NCBI GenBank assembly: GCA_036846345.1
Contig: DAIUCD010000001.1
Span: 258,723-322,722, forward strand
Origin: Spirochaetota bacterium
Lineage (GTDB): Bacteria > Spirochaetota > UBA4802 > JAGODF01
DNA length: 64,000 nt
Reading direction: 5' to 3'
Both the position numbers and the translations under genes were made by a program. The stretch's first letter is position 1. Every line of letters starts with the position of its first letter. This document shows, piece after piece, positions 9,320 to 19,019 of this stretch. A model generated the notes under the pieces. It did no database searches. It worked only from the letters and a program-made list of their open reading frames with translations, and was not told where the DNA came from.

Positions 9320-10504
9320 TTATTGAAGTTTGCCTTTACCCTGCAAGAGAAATCTAACGCCCTTGTCAAGACCATCGAGAGTCAATTCGAACATGGGAAA
9401 GAATTCTCTTATCATGCGGGTGGTTTGAATATAGTTCCAGGATCGCTCAGGCAGCGGATTCAACCAGATGGAGTCACGGAATTTTTCCCTGATCCTTTGC
9501 AGCCATACGACTCCCGGGGTATCGTTATAATACCAGTAGTCGATGGCGCCATTGGTCCATGTCAACTCGGAAGGGGCCATCTCTGCATCACCGACGATGA
9601 TAAGCTTATAATCACTGTCTTCAGTTTTAAGGAGCTCCAGTGTGGATTGGCTGGCACTTCTCTCCATGTCCGTCCATAGATCCTGATAAATGCAGTTATG
9701 AAAGTAAAAATGCCTAAAGCGGCTTATCTGGGATGAGGCGGCTGAAAAAAGGCGCTCGACCAGAGTTGAATAAGGTATCATGGAACCTCCTGTATCCATG
9801 AGGAGGATGACTTTTGAGGTTTTCTTTTCCTTATCCTCCCATACAAGCTCTATTTCGCCGGCATTTTTACAGGTTTCATCAATGGTCTTGTCTAGATCCA
9901 GTTTTTCACCAAGGCCCATGGGCAGGAGGGATCTAAGGTGGGACAGAGCTACTCGCATCTGACGTGTGTCAAGGGTAATGTCACTGGAATAATTTTTGAA
10001 ACTGCGTTTTTCGGCAATCTGAACGGCTCTTTTGTGGCGGGACTCACCCTGCCCTATTCGGATACCTGCGGGATTATAACCCCATGCTCCCTGGGTGGAT
10101 CGGCCTCCGGTTCCGATGGCCTTGTTCCCTCCAACGTGATCTTTGTAATGCCCCTGGCGCATCTGCTCTTCAAAGTTGCGGAGAATTTCATCGAGGTTAA
10201 GTTCATCGATTTTTTTCTTTTCCTCTTCAGAGAGATTGAGCTCCTTCACCTTTTGAAGACCCTCTAATATCTTTTCCAGCATATCATCGGTTGTTTCTAT
10301 ATCCTCGAAAGTATCAAGAAATGCCATGTCATAACGGTCGAAATGGATCTCATTCTTGACTAGGACGGAGCGCCCCAGGTAATAGAAACGGGTAAGGCTG
10401 CAGTCATTGAGATGAATGGATAGTGCCTTGTGAAGGGTTATCCATTCATGCAGTGATACAGGAACTCCTCTCGCCTTGAGGTTGAAGAAGAAATTAATAA
10501 ACAT
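9320..10504 (-). CDS. VWA domain protein, CoxE-like (partner of MoxR/CoxD-type ATPase)
   Basis: CoxE-type N-terminus MFINFFFNLKARGVPVSLHEW. VWA MIDAS motif ILLMDTGGSM. Start placed at the internal ATG (10504), which has an AGGAG RBS and avoids a 65-nt overlap with the MoxR gene. Confidence 0.8.
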   Translation of the reverse strand: MFINFFFNLKARGVPVSLHEWITLHKALSIHLNDCSLTRFYYLGRSVLVKNEIHFDRYDMAFLDTFEDIETTDDMLEKILEGLQKVKELNLSEEEKKKIDELNLDEILRNFEEQMRQGHYKDHVGGNKAIGTGGRSTQGAWGYNPAGIRIGQGESRHKRAVQIAEKRSFKNYSSDITLDTRQMRVALSHLRSLLPMGLGEKLDLDKTIDETCKNAGEIELVWEDKEKKTSKVILLMDTGGSMIPYSTLVERLFSAASSQISRFRHFYFHNCIYQDLWTDMERSASQSTLELLKTEDSDYKLIIVGDAEMAPSELTWTNGAIDYWYYNDTPGVVWLQRIREKFRDSIWLNPLPERSWNYIQTTRMIREFFPMFELTLDGLDKGVRFLLQGKGKLQ

Positions 10505-11348
10505 TACGGCTCCTGTTGCTCGTGTTATAAGCGTAATGGTTCTTTCCGGAATTGGCAACGAGATCCACGTCCTCTTTCTTTTTCAGGAGGGTTCCCAGGA
10601 AGGGAATTTCCTTATCAACGGTTTTTGGAGGTATGCCCCCGATGATCAGGGCCTGAATCCAGTCGATTAGTTCGCTTGTAGAAGGTTTTTTTCTGAGCAT
10701 GTCAAACTGACGGATACTGTAAAATTTTTTCAAGCATTCGTGGAGAAGTTTTTTTTCAATATCGGGGAAATGAACCCTAACGATCTCCTCCATGAGGTTA
10801 TCATCGGGAAATTCGATGTAGTGAAAAATACACCGCCTCAGGAAAGGATCGGGGAGCTCCTTTTCACTGTTGGATGTGATGATGACGATGGGGCGATTGG
10901 CAGCCTTAATGGTAACTCCGGTTTCTGGAATGTAGAAACTCATCTCGTCCAGCTCATTGAGAAGGTCGTTGGGAAACTCTATATCGGCCTTGTCGATTTC
11001 ATCAATAAGAAGAACGACCTGCTCCTCCGAGGCAAAAGCCTCTCCCAGCTTGCCCAGTTTGATGTAGAGACTGATGTCGGAAATATCCCGATCGCCAAAA
11101 CGCGCATCATTGAGGCGTTGAACGGTATCATAGACGTAAAGTCCCTCCCGGGCCTTCGTTGTGGATTTGATGTTCCAGATGAAAAACTGTTTATTCAACC
11201 CTTTTGCTATGGAATGAGCCAGGAGGGTTTTTCCCGTACCGGGTTCGCCTTTGACAAGAAGGGGGCGTCCCAGGGCGATGGAAACATTAACATTGTCTTT
11301 GAGTTCCGGTGAGAGTACATATTCTTCGGTTCCCTTGAAATAATTCAT
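10494..11348 (-). CDS. MoxR-like AAA+ ATPase (CoxD-like)
   Basis: Walker A GEPGTGKT, a Walker B LLIDEID block, and MoxR-like size (284 aa). Confidence 0.85.
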   Translation of the reverse strand: MNYFKGTEEYVLSPELKDNVNVSIALGRPLLVKGEPGTGKTLLAHSIAKGLNKQFFIWNIKSTTKAREGLYVYDTVQRLNDARFGDRDISDISLYIKLGKLGEAFASEEQVVLLIDEIDKADIEFPNDLLNELDEMSFYIPETGVTIKAANRPIVIITSNSEKELPDPFLRRCIFHYIEFPDDNLMEEIVRVHFPDIEKKLLHECLKKFYSIRQFDMLRKKPSTSELIDWIQALIIGGIPPKTVDKEIPFLGTLLKKKEDVDLVANSGKNHYAYNTSNRSRNVY

Positions 11349-12142
11349 TGTTTACTCCTAGTTAATTTAATGATGTCAAGATCGTCGGGGAATATGAATC
11401 TATTCTCATGCTCTCCCAATAGATCACGGTTGCGTAAAACCTGCTCAGCATGGGATACTCCCTCGGGCAGGTACATATGCGTTATATAGATACGGTCTGG
11501 TAAGGCATCCGTCTTAATGAGTTTAATGATATCACTTGAGGATATGTGACCGGGGTAGGTGTTAAAATCTGCAATGCTCCATTCCATTACGGTTGTCTGG
11601 GATTTTTCTAAAAGAGATAACAGTTTATCGCAATAACCGGTATCCCCTGTGACGGCAAGATTCATGCTCGTCATTTCAAAAAGATATCCGGAAGAAAAGT
11701 CGCCGTGAGAAAGATGGTAGGCAGTAGTGCTGTAAAAGGTTCCTGTATAGGTCTCGCCATCAGCTATTTCATGAAGGACTACATCAAAGGGTAGCGGATA
11801 GTCCCCCATGAAGGGGAGAAGACGTTCGCTGTAGAAGTTATTGAGACCATGGGGACCCACAAGGTGCAGTGGTTTTTCCCTACGTCCCGAGACATCCCAC
11901 ATACTGCCCCAGAAAAAGTCTGGAAGGCCGGAGATATGATCCATATGGAAGTGGGTCAGGAAGATGGTCGATATTTCTTTGTAATGGAAATCAGCGGAAT
12001 TTAATCGGGAGATCTGATGATAGGCCCCACCACCGAAGTCAACGGCTATCATGTCCTCACCAGACGAGAGCAGCAGTGAGGACGGGTTACGGGATGCCGC
12101 ATTGCAGGTGCCGGTGCCCAGAAATGCCAGTTTTACGTCCAT
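11345..12142 (-). CDS. MBL-fold metallo-hydrolase
   Basis: HFHMDHISG metal-binding motif and an AAGGAG RBS. The stop overlaps the MoxR start (ATGA). Confidence 0.8.
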   Translation of the reverse strand: MDVKLAFLGTGTCNAASRNPSSLLLSSGEDMIAVDFGGGAYHQISRLNSADFHYKEISTIFLTHFHMDHISGLPDFFWGSMWDVSGRREKPLHLVGPHGLNNFYSERLLPFMGDYPLPFDVVLHEIADGETYTGTFYSTTAYHLSHGDFSSGYLFEMTSMNLAVTGDTGYCDKLLSLLEKSQTTVMEWSIADFNTYPGHISSSDIIKLIKTDALPDRIYITHMYLPEGVSHAEQVLRNRDLLGEHENRFIFPDDLDIIKLTRSKQ

Positions 12143-12315
12143 TATTCTCCTTTTAATGTTTTATATACCAAATAGAAATCATGAATATAAAAAATGATGT
12201 AGGGTTAAATTATCAGTAATGATATCATTATAGCAAAAAATCATCATTTTTCATTGTTTCAGGAATTCTTATTTGAGAGAGAGGTCGTATGCAGTCAAGA
12301 GGAATTTTAAAAGGC

Positions 12316-12342
12316 AGTACCGGTTCCCTTTGAACCGGTACT
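12316..12342 (-). terminator. rho-independent terminator hairpin downstream of the FecR-domain lipoprotein gene
   Basis: Perfect 11-bp stem AGTACCGGTTC/GAACCGGTACT with a 5-nt loop, 12 nt past the stop codon. A U-rich tract (CCUUUUAAAAUU) follows on the minus-strand transcript. Confidence 0.5.
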
Positions 12343-12353
12343 CCTGGAGAATA

Positions 12354-13352
12354 TTACATTTTTGGTTTCATGGAATCCTTATCGATCTTCATTTTGTCGA
12401 TCTTCGGTTTCATGTCACCAGCTTTTTCCAATGCGGCTTTTTTAGACGCATCCTTATCCACATCTTTCACTGCGTCCATTTTGCTCTTGGCGTCGCTGAC
12501 GGATTCCTTCATCTTCCCGGTTGTTTCGTCTTTAATCGCCGCCTTGTTTTTGTCCAGCATGGCGCGGTCTCTGGCCTTCTGATCTTCAACGAGGGCTTTG
12601 TCGCCTTCCTTCTGTTTGTCAACAAGAGTTTTATCCTTTTCCTTCTGATCAATAACGTACTGTTTGATCTCCTCGCGCTGTTTTCTCATCTTCTCCCAGA
12701 TCTCTTCCCGCATCGCTTTGATCTCCAGGAGGATATTGAGGGCCCTCAGCCTGTCAGCGCTCAGCTGCTTTTTCACCATGTCCTGTCCAGATAGAACGTC
12801 CACTTCTTCTTTTCCATCCAGCATAACCGGTTTGGCATCTGCTTTGGTCGGGTTGAGCACCTCAACCTTTCCATCAAGACAGGCTATATTGGCTTTTCCG
12901 TCTTCCTGAGTTACGAGAAAATCTGTTCCCCTGACACCGGCAGTGGATGTGGGGGTTTTAACCTTGTAGTCATCCTCTTTGGAAAGTTTTTTGATTTTGG
13001 AAAAAACCTGTCCCTTTTCCACGAAAAGCTCGGATTGTTCGGAATTTTTGTTCACATCGAGAATGAGCTTTTTAATATCCACAACTGTATCACCGAGAAT
13101 CTTAATGGCATTTTCCCCGAAGTAGACATCAACAATGGACTTTTTCCCGGTGGTCTTGATTTTCATGCCCTCTTTTACTGAATCACCAACCTTAAGGTCT
13201 AGTTCCTTACCATCGGCGCCAATAGCCTTGACATTACCGGTTATAAAGTTAACGAGACCTTCACGGGGTATAACTTTTTTGACATCCTTTTTACAGTTAA
13301 AGCTCGTAAAAAAGAAAAGCAAGACAATAGAACCTATTAATATTTTTTTCAT
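12354..13352 (-). CDS. FecR-domain lipoprotein (LipL45-like) with a Lys/Asp/Glu-rich repetitive C-terminus
   Basis: FecR core TAGVRGTDFLV. Start at the internal ATG, preceded by a GGAGGAA RBS. Signal peptide with lipobox LFFFTSFNC. C-terminal KDK/KQK degenerate repeats. Confidence 0.75.
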   Translation of the reverse strand: MKKILIGSIVLLFFFTSFNCKKDVKKVIPREGLVNFITGNVKAIGADGKELDLKVGDSVKEGMKIKTTGKKSIVDVYFGENAIKILGDTVVDIKKLILDVNKNSEQSELFVEKGQVFSKIKKLSKEDDYKVKTPTSTAGVRGTDFLVTQEDGKANIACLDGKVEVLNPTKADAKPVMLDGKEEVDVLSGQDMVKKQLSADRLRALNILLEIKAMREEIWEKMRKQREEIKQYVIDQKEKDKTLVDKQKEGDKALVEDQKARDRAMLDKNKAAIKDETTGKMKESVSDAKSKMDAVKDVDKDASKKAALEKAGDMKPKIDKMKIDKDSMKPKM

Positions 13353-13520
13353 GGATTCCTCCTGAAAGTTGGATGAATGAAATTTGCGCTCCGAAGTAAG
13401 CGTCTCTTTACAATAAAGAATTATTGATAAACTATAAACAATTAAACTCTTCGTCAAGCATTAATTGATGGATTGCTAAAGATAGGAAACATCTATTCTC
13501 AAAATATACTCAGCAGCATG

Positions 13521-14426
13521 TCATTTCAGGATCAGGGTCATTTTAAGCTGTACAATCTGTTCATAACGGTCGGGATCAAGGGTTTTCATTTCTTTAAAGT
13601 GCTTTCTGAGAAATGTTATCGCACTCCTTGCTTCAGTCACCTGATTCAGTATCCTTTGTTGTTGTCTTTTCAATTCCCTGGCAAGAGGCCTGTTATTATT
13701 TTGTAGGCGTTGAATATCTTCCTTGTTTATTACACATAATAGGAATAGGAGAGGGTCTGTTCTGTTGAGACGTAACAGGGTATAATAGGTTTTGTTAAGA
13801 TCATCGAGGTGATGGGGGGAGTTTTTATAGAGTTTGGCCAATGCGGGGGAACTGGTTTGGATGAAGCCCTGAGCAGGAGGGATTCTCACACAGATAGGAT
13901 CAGGGCGATGTCGTGATTTCAGCAGGACCATCCTAAGATATATCTCGGAGTAGTGTTCAAAGGGTACAAGATATCCTGTGATTATAGCATCCAGAGGACA
14001 GGGAGGGCTATTTTTTAATGATTTGAGGAGGGGGCGGTGAAAAATCTCCCTCTCGAACCGGGAAAGACATGGATGAGTTTCGTCTTTATCCGCCAGTTTC
14101 CATTTACTACGATATTCCAGTTCTTTTTGTATACTATTGCTGATTCTCCTGCCCATCGGGATTATTTCTCCTGATAAGGATCTCAGGGAGAGAATCCCTA
14201 TTCGCTGTGCCTTATATTTTTTTTGCAGGCGAGTCAGTTCATCCGCCAGATGGCAAATAGCCTCTTTTTCCGTTGAGAAACAATCCGGAGGTTTCTTGGG
14301 CGACAGGGTCATACACCGAGTGTTGCTCAGTACGCAGAAAATAAAAAGAATCACGAGGAGTAATGATTCTTTCTCATTAAGGCTTGTGGTCTTAAATATT
14401 CTTTTTGGAGGAAAGGTTCTACCCAT
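13521..14426 (-). CDS. hypothetical protein (N-terminal hydrophobic segment)
   Basis: 301-aa ORF between the FecR and HEAT genes on the same strand. No recognisable domain. Confidence 0.45.
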   Translation of the reverse strand: MGRTFPPKRIFKTTSLNEKESLLLVILFIFCVLSNTRCMTLSPKKPPDCFSTEKEAICHLADELTRLQKKYKAQRIGILSLRSLSGEIIPMGRRISNSIQKELEYRSKWKLADKDETHPCLSRFEREIFHRPLLKSLKNSPPCPLDAIITGYLVPFEHYSEIYLRMVLLKSRHRPDPICVRIPPAQGFIQTSSPALAKLYKNSPHHLDDLNKTYYTLLRLNRTDPLLFLLCVINKEDIQRLQNNNRPLARELKRQQQRILNQVTEARSAITFLRKHFKEMKTLDPDRYEQIVQLKMTLILK

Positions 14427-14442
14427 GATTCATCTGAAATTG

Positions 14443-15765
14443 TCAAATAAAACGATCAATGGCGTGCCTGAGAAATGCACGGAGCTTATCCTTGAAAATC
14501 GGATCCTTCTCGCCGACGTATCGATCAAAAAGGGGTAATACGGCTTTTTTTTCCTTCATACGTTTAATCGCATATAAAGAAGCTGTTCGAACATAATTTT
14601 CAGTGTCATCGTTAATGATGCCGAGGAGATATGGTAGAATCCTTTTATCTTTGAATTGACCGAGTGAGCTGCAGACCTCTGCTCTGACTCGGTAATCTTT
14701 ATCCCTGAGCCCTCGCAATAGGGAGGGGAGGGATTTTTTATTGCCCAGTGTCCCATAAGCATAGGCGGCATGGATTCTCAATTCGGGGTTTTGATCATTC
14801 AGGAGGACCTTTTCGAGTCCCTTGAAGCCCCCGCCGTCTTTGAGGCGAATCAGGGTATCAATAATCAACCGCTTGATGTCATCCTCGGTTTCTTCATAGA
14901 GCTGGCGGGAGAGGGGTGAGGCAGATTTTCTGGTTTTCATTTTATACAAAGCTTTTACGGATGCATAACGTATGTCTCGATGGCTGTCATCAAGGCATTT
15001 TAGAACAACACTATAGGCGCTGCTGTCTTTCAGCACTCCTAAAACCTCAATGGCCTTAACCCGGACTTCATGATTCTTGTCTTTGAGAGCGAGGGATCGG
15101 ACGTTGGATGAGGCTTTATTCAGACGGTTTTTCTCAATGCATCTCAGGGCATAATAACGTACGGATTTGTTGGGATCATCCAGCAGGCTGAGAATGATGG
15201 GATACAGTCTGATGTCATAGAGATAGTATATGGCTTCTAGCGCGTAGACCCTAAACACGGGATTATCATTCCGGGCCATGTTGAGGATATAGGGAAACAT
15301 TCGATCATCTCCATATCGTTTAAGTGCAAATATCGCACTTTCCCGCACCGTGTAATAAGGACTGCTTAACTGCTCAACGAGGGGTACGATGATCTTACGA
15401 TTGTTGGTTTTAATGATTATTGAGATGATTTCCTTTTTAATAATGAAAGATGGCGTCTTTCTTAATATTTCGAACCAGATATCAAGGTATTTGGTAGCAG
15501 AAAAGGAGGAGAGCGCTCTAAGAGCTATCGCCCGGGATTCATTCTCCTCATCGGGGGAGATGAGGATATTCCTGAGCCGGGGTATAAGTTCCACCGGTTT
15601 GTTTTTGATAATATAAGCCAGTGCCTGACTGGATTCTGCCTCATCGCGGCTTAACAGCAAGAGAATGATATCCTCCTGTTGTTCCTCTGCCGCATGAACT
15701 GCAGAAAGGGTTGTACTCACAAACAACAGGAGGGCCAGGAAGAATAGAATGTGTTTTCTTTTCAT
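14443..15765 (-). CDS. secreted HEAT-repeat (PBS-lyase-type) protein
   Basis: Signal peptide MKRKHILFFLALLLFVSTTLSAVHA, followed by multiple ~30-aa HEAT-like repeats (D.N..VR..A...LG). Confidence 0.75.
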   Translation of the reverse strand: MKRKHILFFLALLLFVSTTLSAVHAAEEQQEDIILLLLSRDEAESSQALAYIIKNKPVELIPRLRNILISPDEENESRAIALRALSSFSATKYLDIWFEILRKTPSFIIKKEIISIIIKTNNRKIIVPLVEQLSSPYYTVRESAIFALKRYGDDRMFPYILNMARNDNPVFRVYALEAIYYLYDIRLYPIILSLLDDPNKSVRYYALRCIEKNRLNKASSNVRSLALKDKNHEVRVKAIEVLGVLKDSSAYSVVLKCLDDSHRDIRYASVKALYKMKTRKSASPLSRQLYEETEDDIKRLIIDTLIRLKDGGGFKGLEKVLLNDQNPELRIHAAYAYGTLGNKKSLPSLLRGLRDKDYRVRAEVCSSLGQFKDKRILPYLLGIINDDTENYVRTASLYAIKRMKEKKAVLPLFDRYVGEKDPIFKDKLRAFLRHAIDRFI

Positions 15766-15806
15766 TGAAAATACCGTTCAGGAAAAGATACATTGCTAAT
15801 CAAAAA

Positions 15807-15832
15807 GAAAACCCGGCTTCTTCCGGGTTTTC
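15807..15832 (-). terminator. rho-independent terminator downstream of the TetR gene
   Basis: Stem AAACCCGG/CCGGGTTT with loop CTTCTT. A TTTCTTTTTG tract follows on the minus strand. Confidence 0.55.
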
Positions 15833-15855
15833 ATCGATTACAATAGTCGGGAGTT

Positions 15856-16464
15856 CTATTTAATGACGCCCGTCAGGTAATTGTTAACGATACCGTCGAT
15901 GATGTCCTTGTCTAGGACATCCTTGTCCTTGCGCATAAATTCATAAACTAGCAACAGTATGCCTCCGATAAGCATGGAGGCTGTAACCTCGGAGTTTATG
16001 GTTTTCTTGTAAATGCCCTTTTTCTTGATTTCATCCACATCGCGAATAATGATCTTGGAAACGTATTCCAGGAATTTATTGACCCGGGTGATTACCTCTT
16101 CATCTATACCCACTATGTCCTTGAAGATTAGCTTTATTACTATGGGCTCGCTCATTATGGTATTGATACATGCCGTAATGCGGTCAGAAACAAATTTCAT
16201 AATTGCTTTCTGTGTGGGGTTGGATTTATGAAAATCCCTCATGTCATCGGGATCGAGAATATCGTCTATTTTTTCCTCAACCTGGTCAAGAACAGCATAG
16301 AGGATTTCCCTTTTGTTCCCGAAGTACTGATACACTGTTCCTCTGGCGATGTTAAGCTTTTCGCAGACCTGGCCGATATGAGTGCTTTGAAAACCATTCA
16401 TGATGAACATGTCTTTGGCGGTATCAATTATCTGTTGTTTCCTTTTCTGTCCTTTTGCTGGCAT
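15856..16464 (-). CDS. TetR/AcrR-family transcriptional regulator
   Basis: N-terminal HTH GFQSTHIGQVCEKLNIARGTVYQYFGNKREIL, 202 aa. Confidence 0.9.
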   Translation of the reverse strand: MPAKGQKRKQQIIDTAKDMFIMNGFQSTHIGQVCEKLNIARGTVYQYFGNKREILYAVLDQVEEKIDDILDPDDMRDFHKSNPTQKAIMKFVSDRITACINTIMSEPIVIKLIFKDIVGIDEEVITRVNKFLEYVSKIIIRDVDEIKKKGIYKKTINSEVTASMLIGGILLLVYEFMRKDKDVLDKDIIDGIVNNYLTGVIK

Positions 16465-16976
16465 GACTACCTACCTCGTCGTTGATCTTGTATGAACATT
16501 ATTTACGGTGATCTCTATGGGGATCATCATATTTGATCTTCTTTATTTCTTCAGTAATGGGAACGAGAGCTTCTTCAAGCTCTTTTACGACTCTGTCAAC
16601 CCTTTCTTGTAATTCGTTGTTCATGGAGTGACAATCATCCCTTTATGATTGAATTATACCATCTCGCTTATTATGTTATCGAATTTTTTTTTACTATTCT
16701 TTATGAATTTATCTAATTACCAAAAAGGTGAAAAACAATATTTAAAATATACTAGAAATATGATATTGAATATAAATAAACACCCATTTTGGTCAACAAG
16801 AATTTGGAAACAGTTCATATTTATTTTTTATATGAATTTCGAAGAAACTGATGATTCTCATCTTCCTGGGAGGTTGTCATCAGATATAAGCATATGTACT
16901 TTTATCAAATATGGTTCTTGAGGTTTAGTTTTAATAAAGTCATTTCGGATTATGCAATCAGGATTAACCGGCTATC

Positions 16977-17276
16977 CTACGCGAACTGGTTGATATGGGA
17001 ACCAATCTTTTCCGATGATGCGGATTGATGGACCCCTCTTCCCCGGATTACCATGAAAAGAAAACTCTGAACCTCCTCCAGGTTCATTGTGGTGGTTTCC
17101 ATAGCGTTTTCCTCTTTTCCCGTAAGAGAAACGGGTTTGAGTTCATTAGAACCGGTATCTCGCATGCCTGCAGGCTGAGAGAACATCGGTGACTGATTAA
17201 GAGTTGTTATTCCCATTTCCCATTCCTCCTTATCATTATCAGAATGTAAAGTAGTCCACACCTTTATTGTCGTCAT
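16977..17276 (-). CDS. hypothetical small protein
   Basis: 99-aa ORF with no clear RBS and no recognisable domain. Confidence 0.3.
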   Translation of the reverse strand: MTTIKVWTTLHSDNDKEEWEMGITTLNQSPMFSQPAGMRDTGSNELKPVSLTGKEENAMETTTMNLEEVQSFLFMVIRGRGVHQSASSEKIGSHINQFA

Positions 17277-17319
17277 TGAGGTAGAGAAAAATAACAGAAT
17301 TTTGAGATTGTTTCGGGCG

Positions 17320-18015
17320 TCAGGGGATTTTCAATAGGTGATTGATATGTTCGCGGATTTCAGGGGAATCAGGAGCCAGGCTCAGGGCCTTTTTGAGAAA
17401 TTTTCTAGCCGATTCCGTGTTCCCCTTCTTGTAATGAATAAAACCCAGGGTATCCAGATAAGCCGGATTGTCAGGATTAGAATCGCATATCCTTTGAGCG
17501 TACATAATTGCCTCGTTGAGATCTGCCCCTGTCAGGGCCAGGAGATAGGCCAGTGAATTCATGGCATTGATATTGTTATGATCTATTTCAAGTATTTGAC
17601 GGTATAGGGTAAGAGCTTCGTTTTTCCTGTCGTCCTTTTCATAACAATATCCCTTGAGGTTCATGAGCGTAGTGTCGGAGGGAACAAGCCTTAGGGAATC
17701 ATCTATCACCTGGAGGGCCCTTTTGAAATCGTCTATCATCATGTAGCAGTATGACAGAAGCTTGTTGACCGTGATTACTTCAACAAAGGTAAAGGGGAGT
17801 GCTTTTACTTTTTCGAAATACTGCAGGGCGGTGTGATATAACCCCATACGACAATAGGCGATGCCCAGATTGTAGAGTATCTCCGGATTATCCTTGTCCA
17901 GTACTTCTGCAGCTTTGAGGTTTTCCACCGCCCTGTCGTAATCTCTTTGATTGAGTCTGGTCAGGGCTTCCTGAAGGAAATGCTGAATTCTCTGATTGAG
18001 TTCCGTTTGGCTCAT
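17320..18015 (-). CDS. TPR-repeat protein
   Basis: Tandem TPR motifs (W-LG-Y and A--F--A spacing). Confidence 0.8.
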   Translation of the reverse strand: MSQTELNQRIQHFLQEALTRLNQRDYDRAVENLKAAEVLDKDNPEILYNLGIAYCRMGLYHTALQYFEKVKALPFTFVEVITVNKLLSYCYMMIDDFKRALQVIDDSLRLVPSDTTLMNLKGYCYEKDDRKNEALTLYRQILEIDHNNINAMNSLAYLLALTGADLNEAIMYAQRICDSNPDNPAYLDTLGFIHYKKGNTESARKFLKKALSLAPDSPEIREHINHLLKIP

Positions 18016-18779
18016 TATGGTTTGGTTGGGGTTATCTCTCGCAGTAAGGTATAATCTGTACAGTCCAGAGAGATGGGAGTTATGGAAATGTAACCCTGTC
18101 TTAACTCAGTGATATCGGATCCATCCTGGTCCCGGGATTCGATAGTACCGTCGAGCTGCAGACTCATCTCTGTCTTGTTTTCGTGAATGATTCGATAATG
18201 GTCCCGGTATTCCCGTTTCCCCATAGACGTGTAGCGAATGCCCTTTATTTGGTCGGACGGCAGGTCGGGATAGTTGACATTGAGGCAGACCGGACTGCGG
18301 GATTTCGCGAAGGGGAATTCAGATATATAATCATTTATGAAGAGGGAGGCCTCCCTAAAGTAATCTGATGTACGAAGACAGTCAAGGGAAACGGCAATCC
18401 CTGAAACCCCGAAGATATAAGCCGAACGGGCCCCAGCGACAGTTCCGGAAAAATAGATATCATCTCCCAGATTGGGTCCATGGTTTATGCCGGAAATTAC
18501 TAGATCGATATCGGGTATCAGGTTTCCGTTAAGACCAATGTTTACGCAGTCTGCTGGAAAACCGTCTATGGCAAATTTGTTTTCCTGATGTATCAACAGC
18601 TTGATATGTGAACGAACAGTGATGGCGCTGGAGCAGGCACTTCGTTCCTCCATGGGCGCTATCATATAAACTCTGTGATCCTGGCACAGCACATCAAACA
18701 GTGCGTTGATTCCCTCCGCATGGATCCCGTCATCATTAGTGAGGAGTATATTCATCTTCTTCGGTTGTTTCCCTGTCAA
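18015..18779 (-). CDS. surE: 5'/3'-nucleotidase SurE
   Basis: N-terminal ILLTNDDGIHAEGINAL signature, 254 aa. Translationally coupled to the downstream TPR gene. Confidence 0.9.
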   Translation of the reverse strand: MTGKQPKKMNILLTNDDGIHAEGINALFDVLCQDHRVYMIAPMEERSACSSAITVRSHIKLLIHQENKFAIDGFPADCVNIGLNGNLIPDIDLVISGINHGPNLGDDIYFSGTVAGARSAYIFGVSGIAVSLDCLRTSDYFREASLFINDYISEFPFAKSRSPVCLNVNYPDLPSDQIKGIRYTSMGKREYRDHYRIIHENKTEMSLQLDGTIESRDQDGSDITELRQGYISITPISLDCTDYTLLREITPTKP

Positions 18780-19019
18780 AACATTTCCTGTTACTATTAA
18801 TAGTGTTGATATTTATGCAACAATAAATAAGAATCCCCGTTGATTATTCATGTCTTTTTTTGAATCAATCCTGTTAATTTACTTTTTTTGTCTGAGTTTT
18901 ACAGAAGGAAAGAAACGACTGATTTCTACAGAATTTGAAGTGCTGGAATTGTCATACAGGTATTTAAAATTCTAATGATACTTGACATAGATAAATAAAA
19001 GTACTGCAAGGCTTAAAAG

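Noticed and set aside
16649-16921. 90-aa plus-strand ORF in the AT-rich island
   Set aside because: Low-complexity F/N/I/L-rich translation of AT-rich DNA with no RBS. Almost certainly non-coding.
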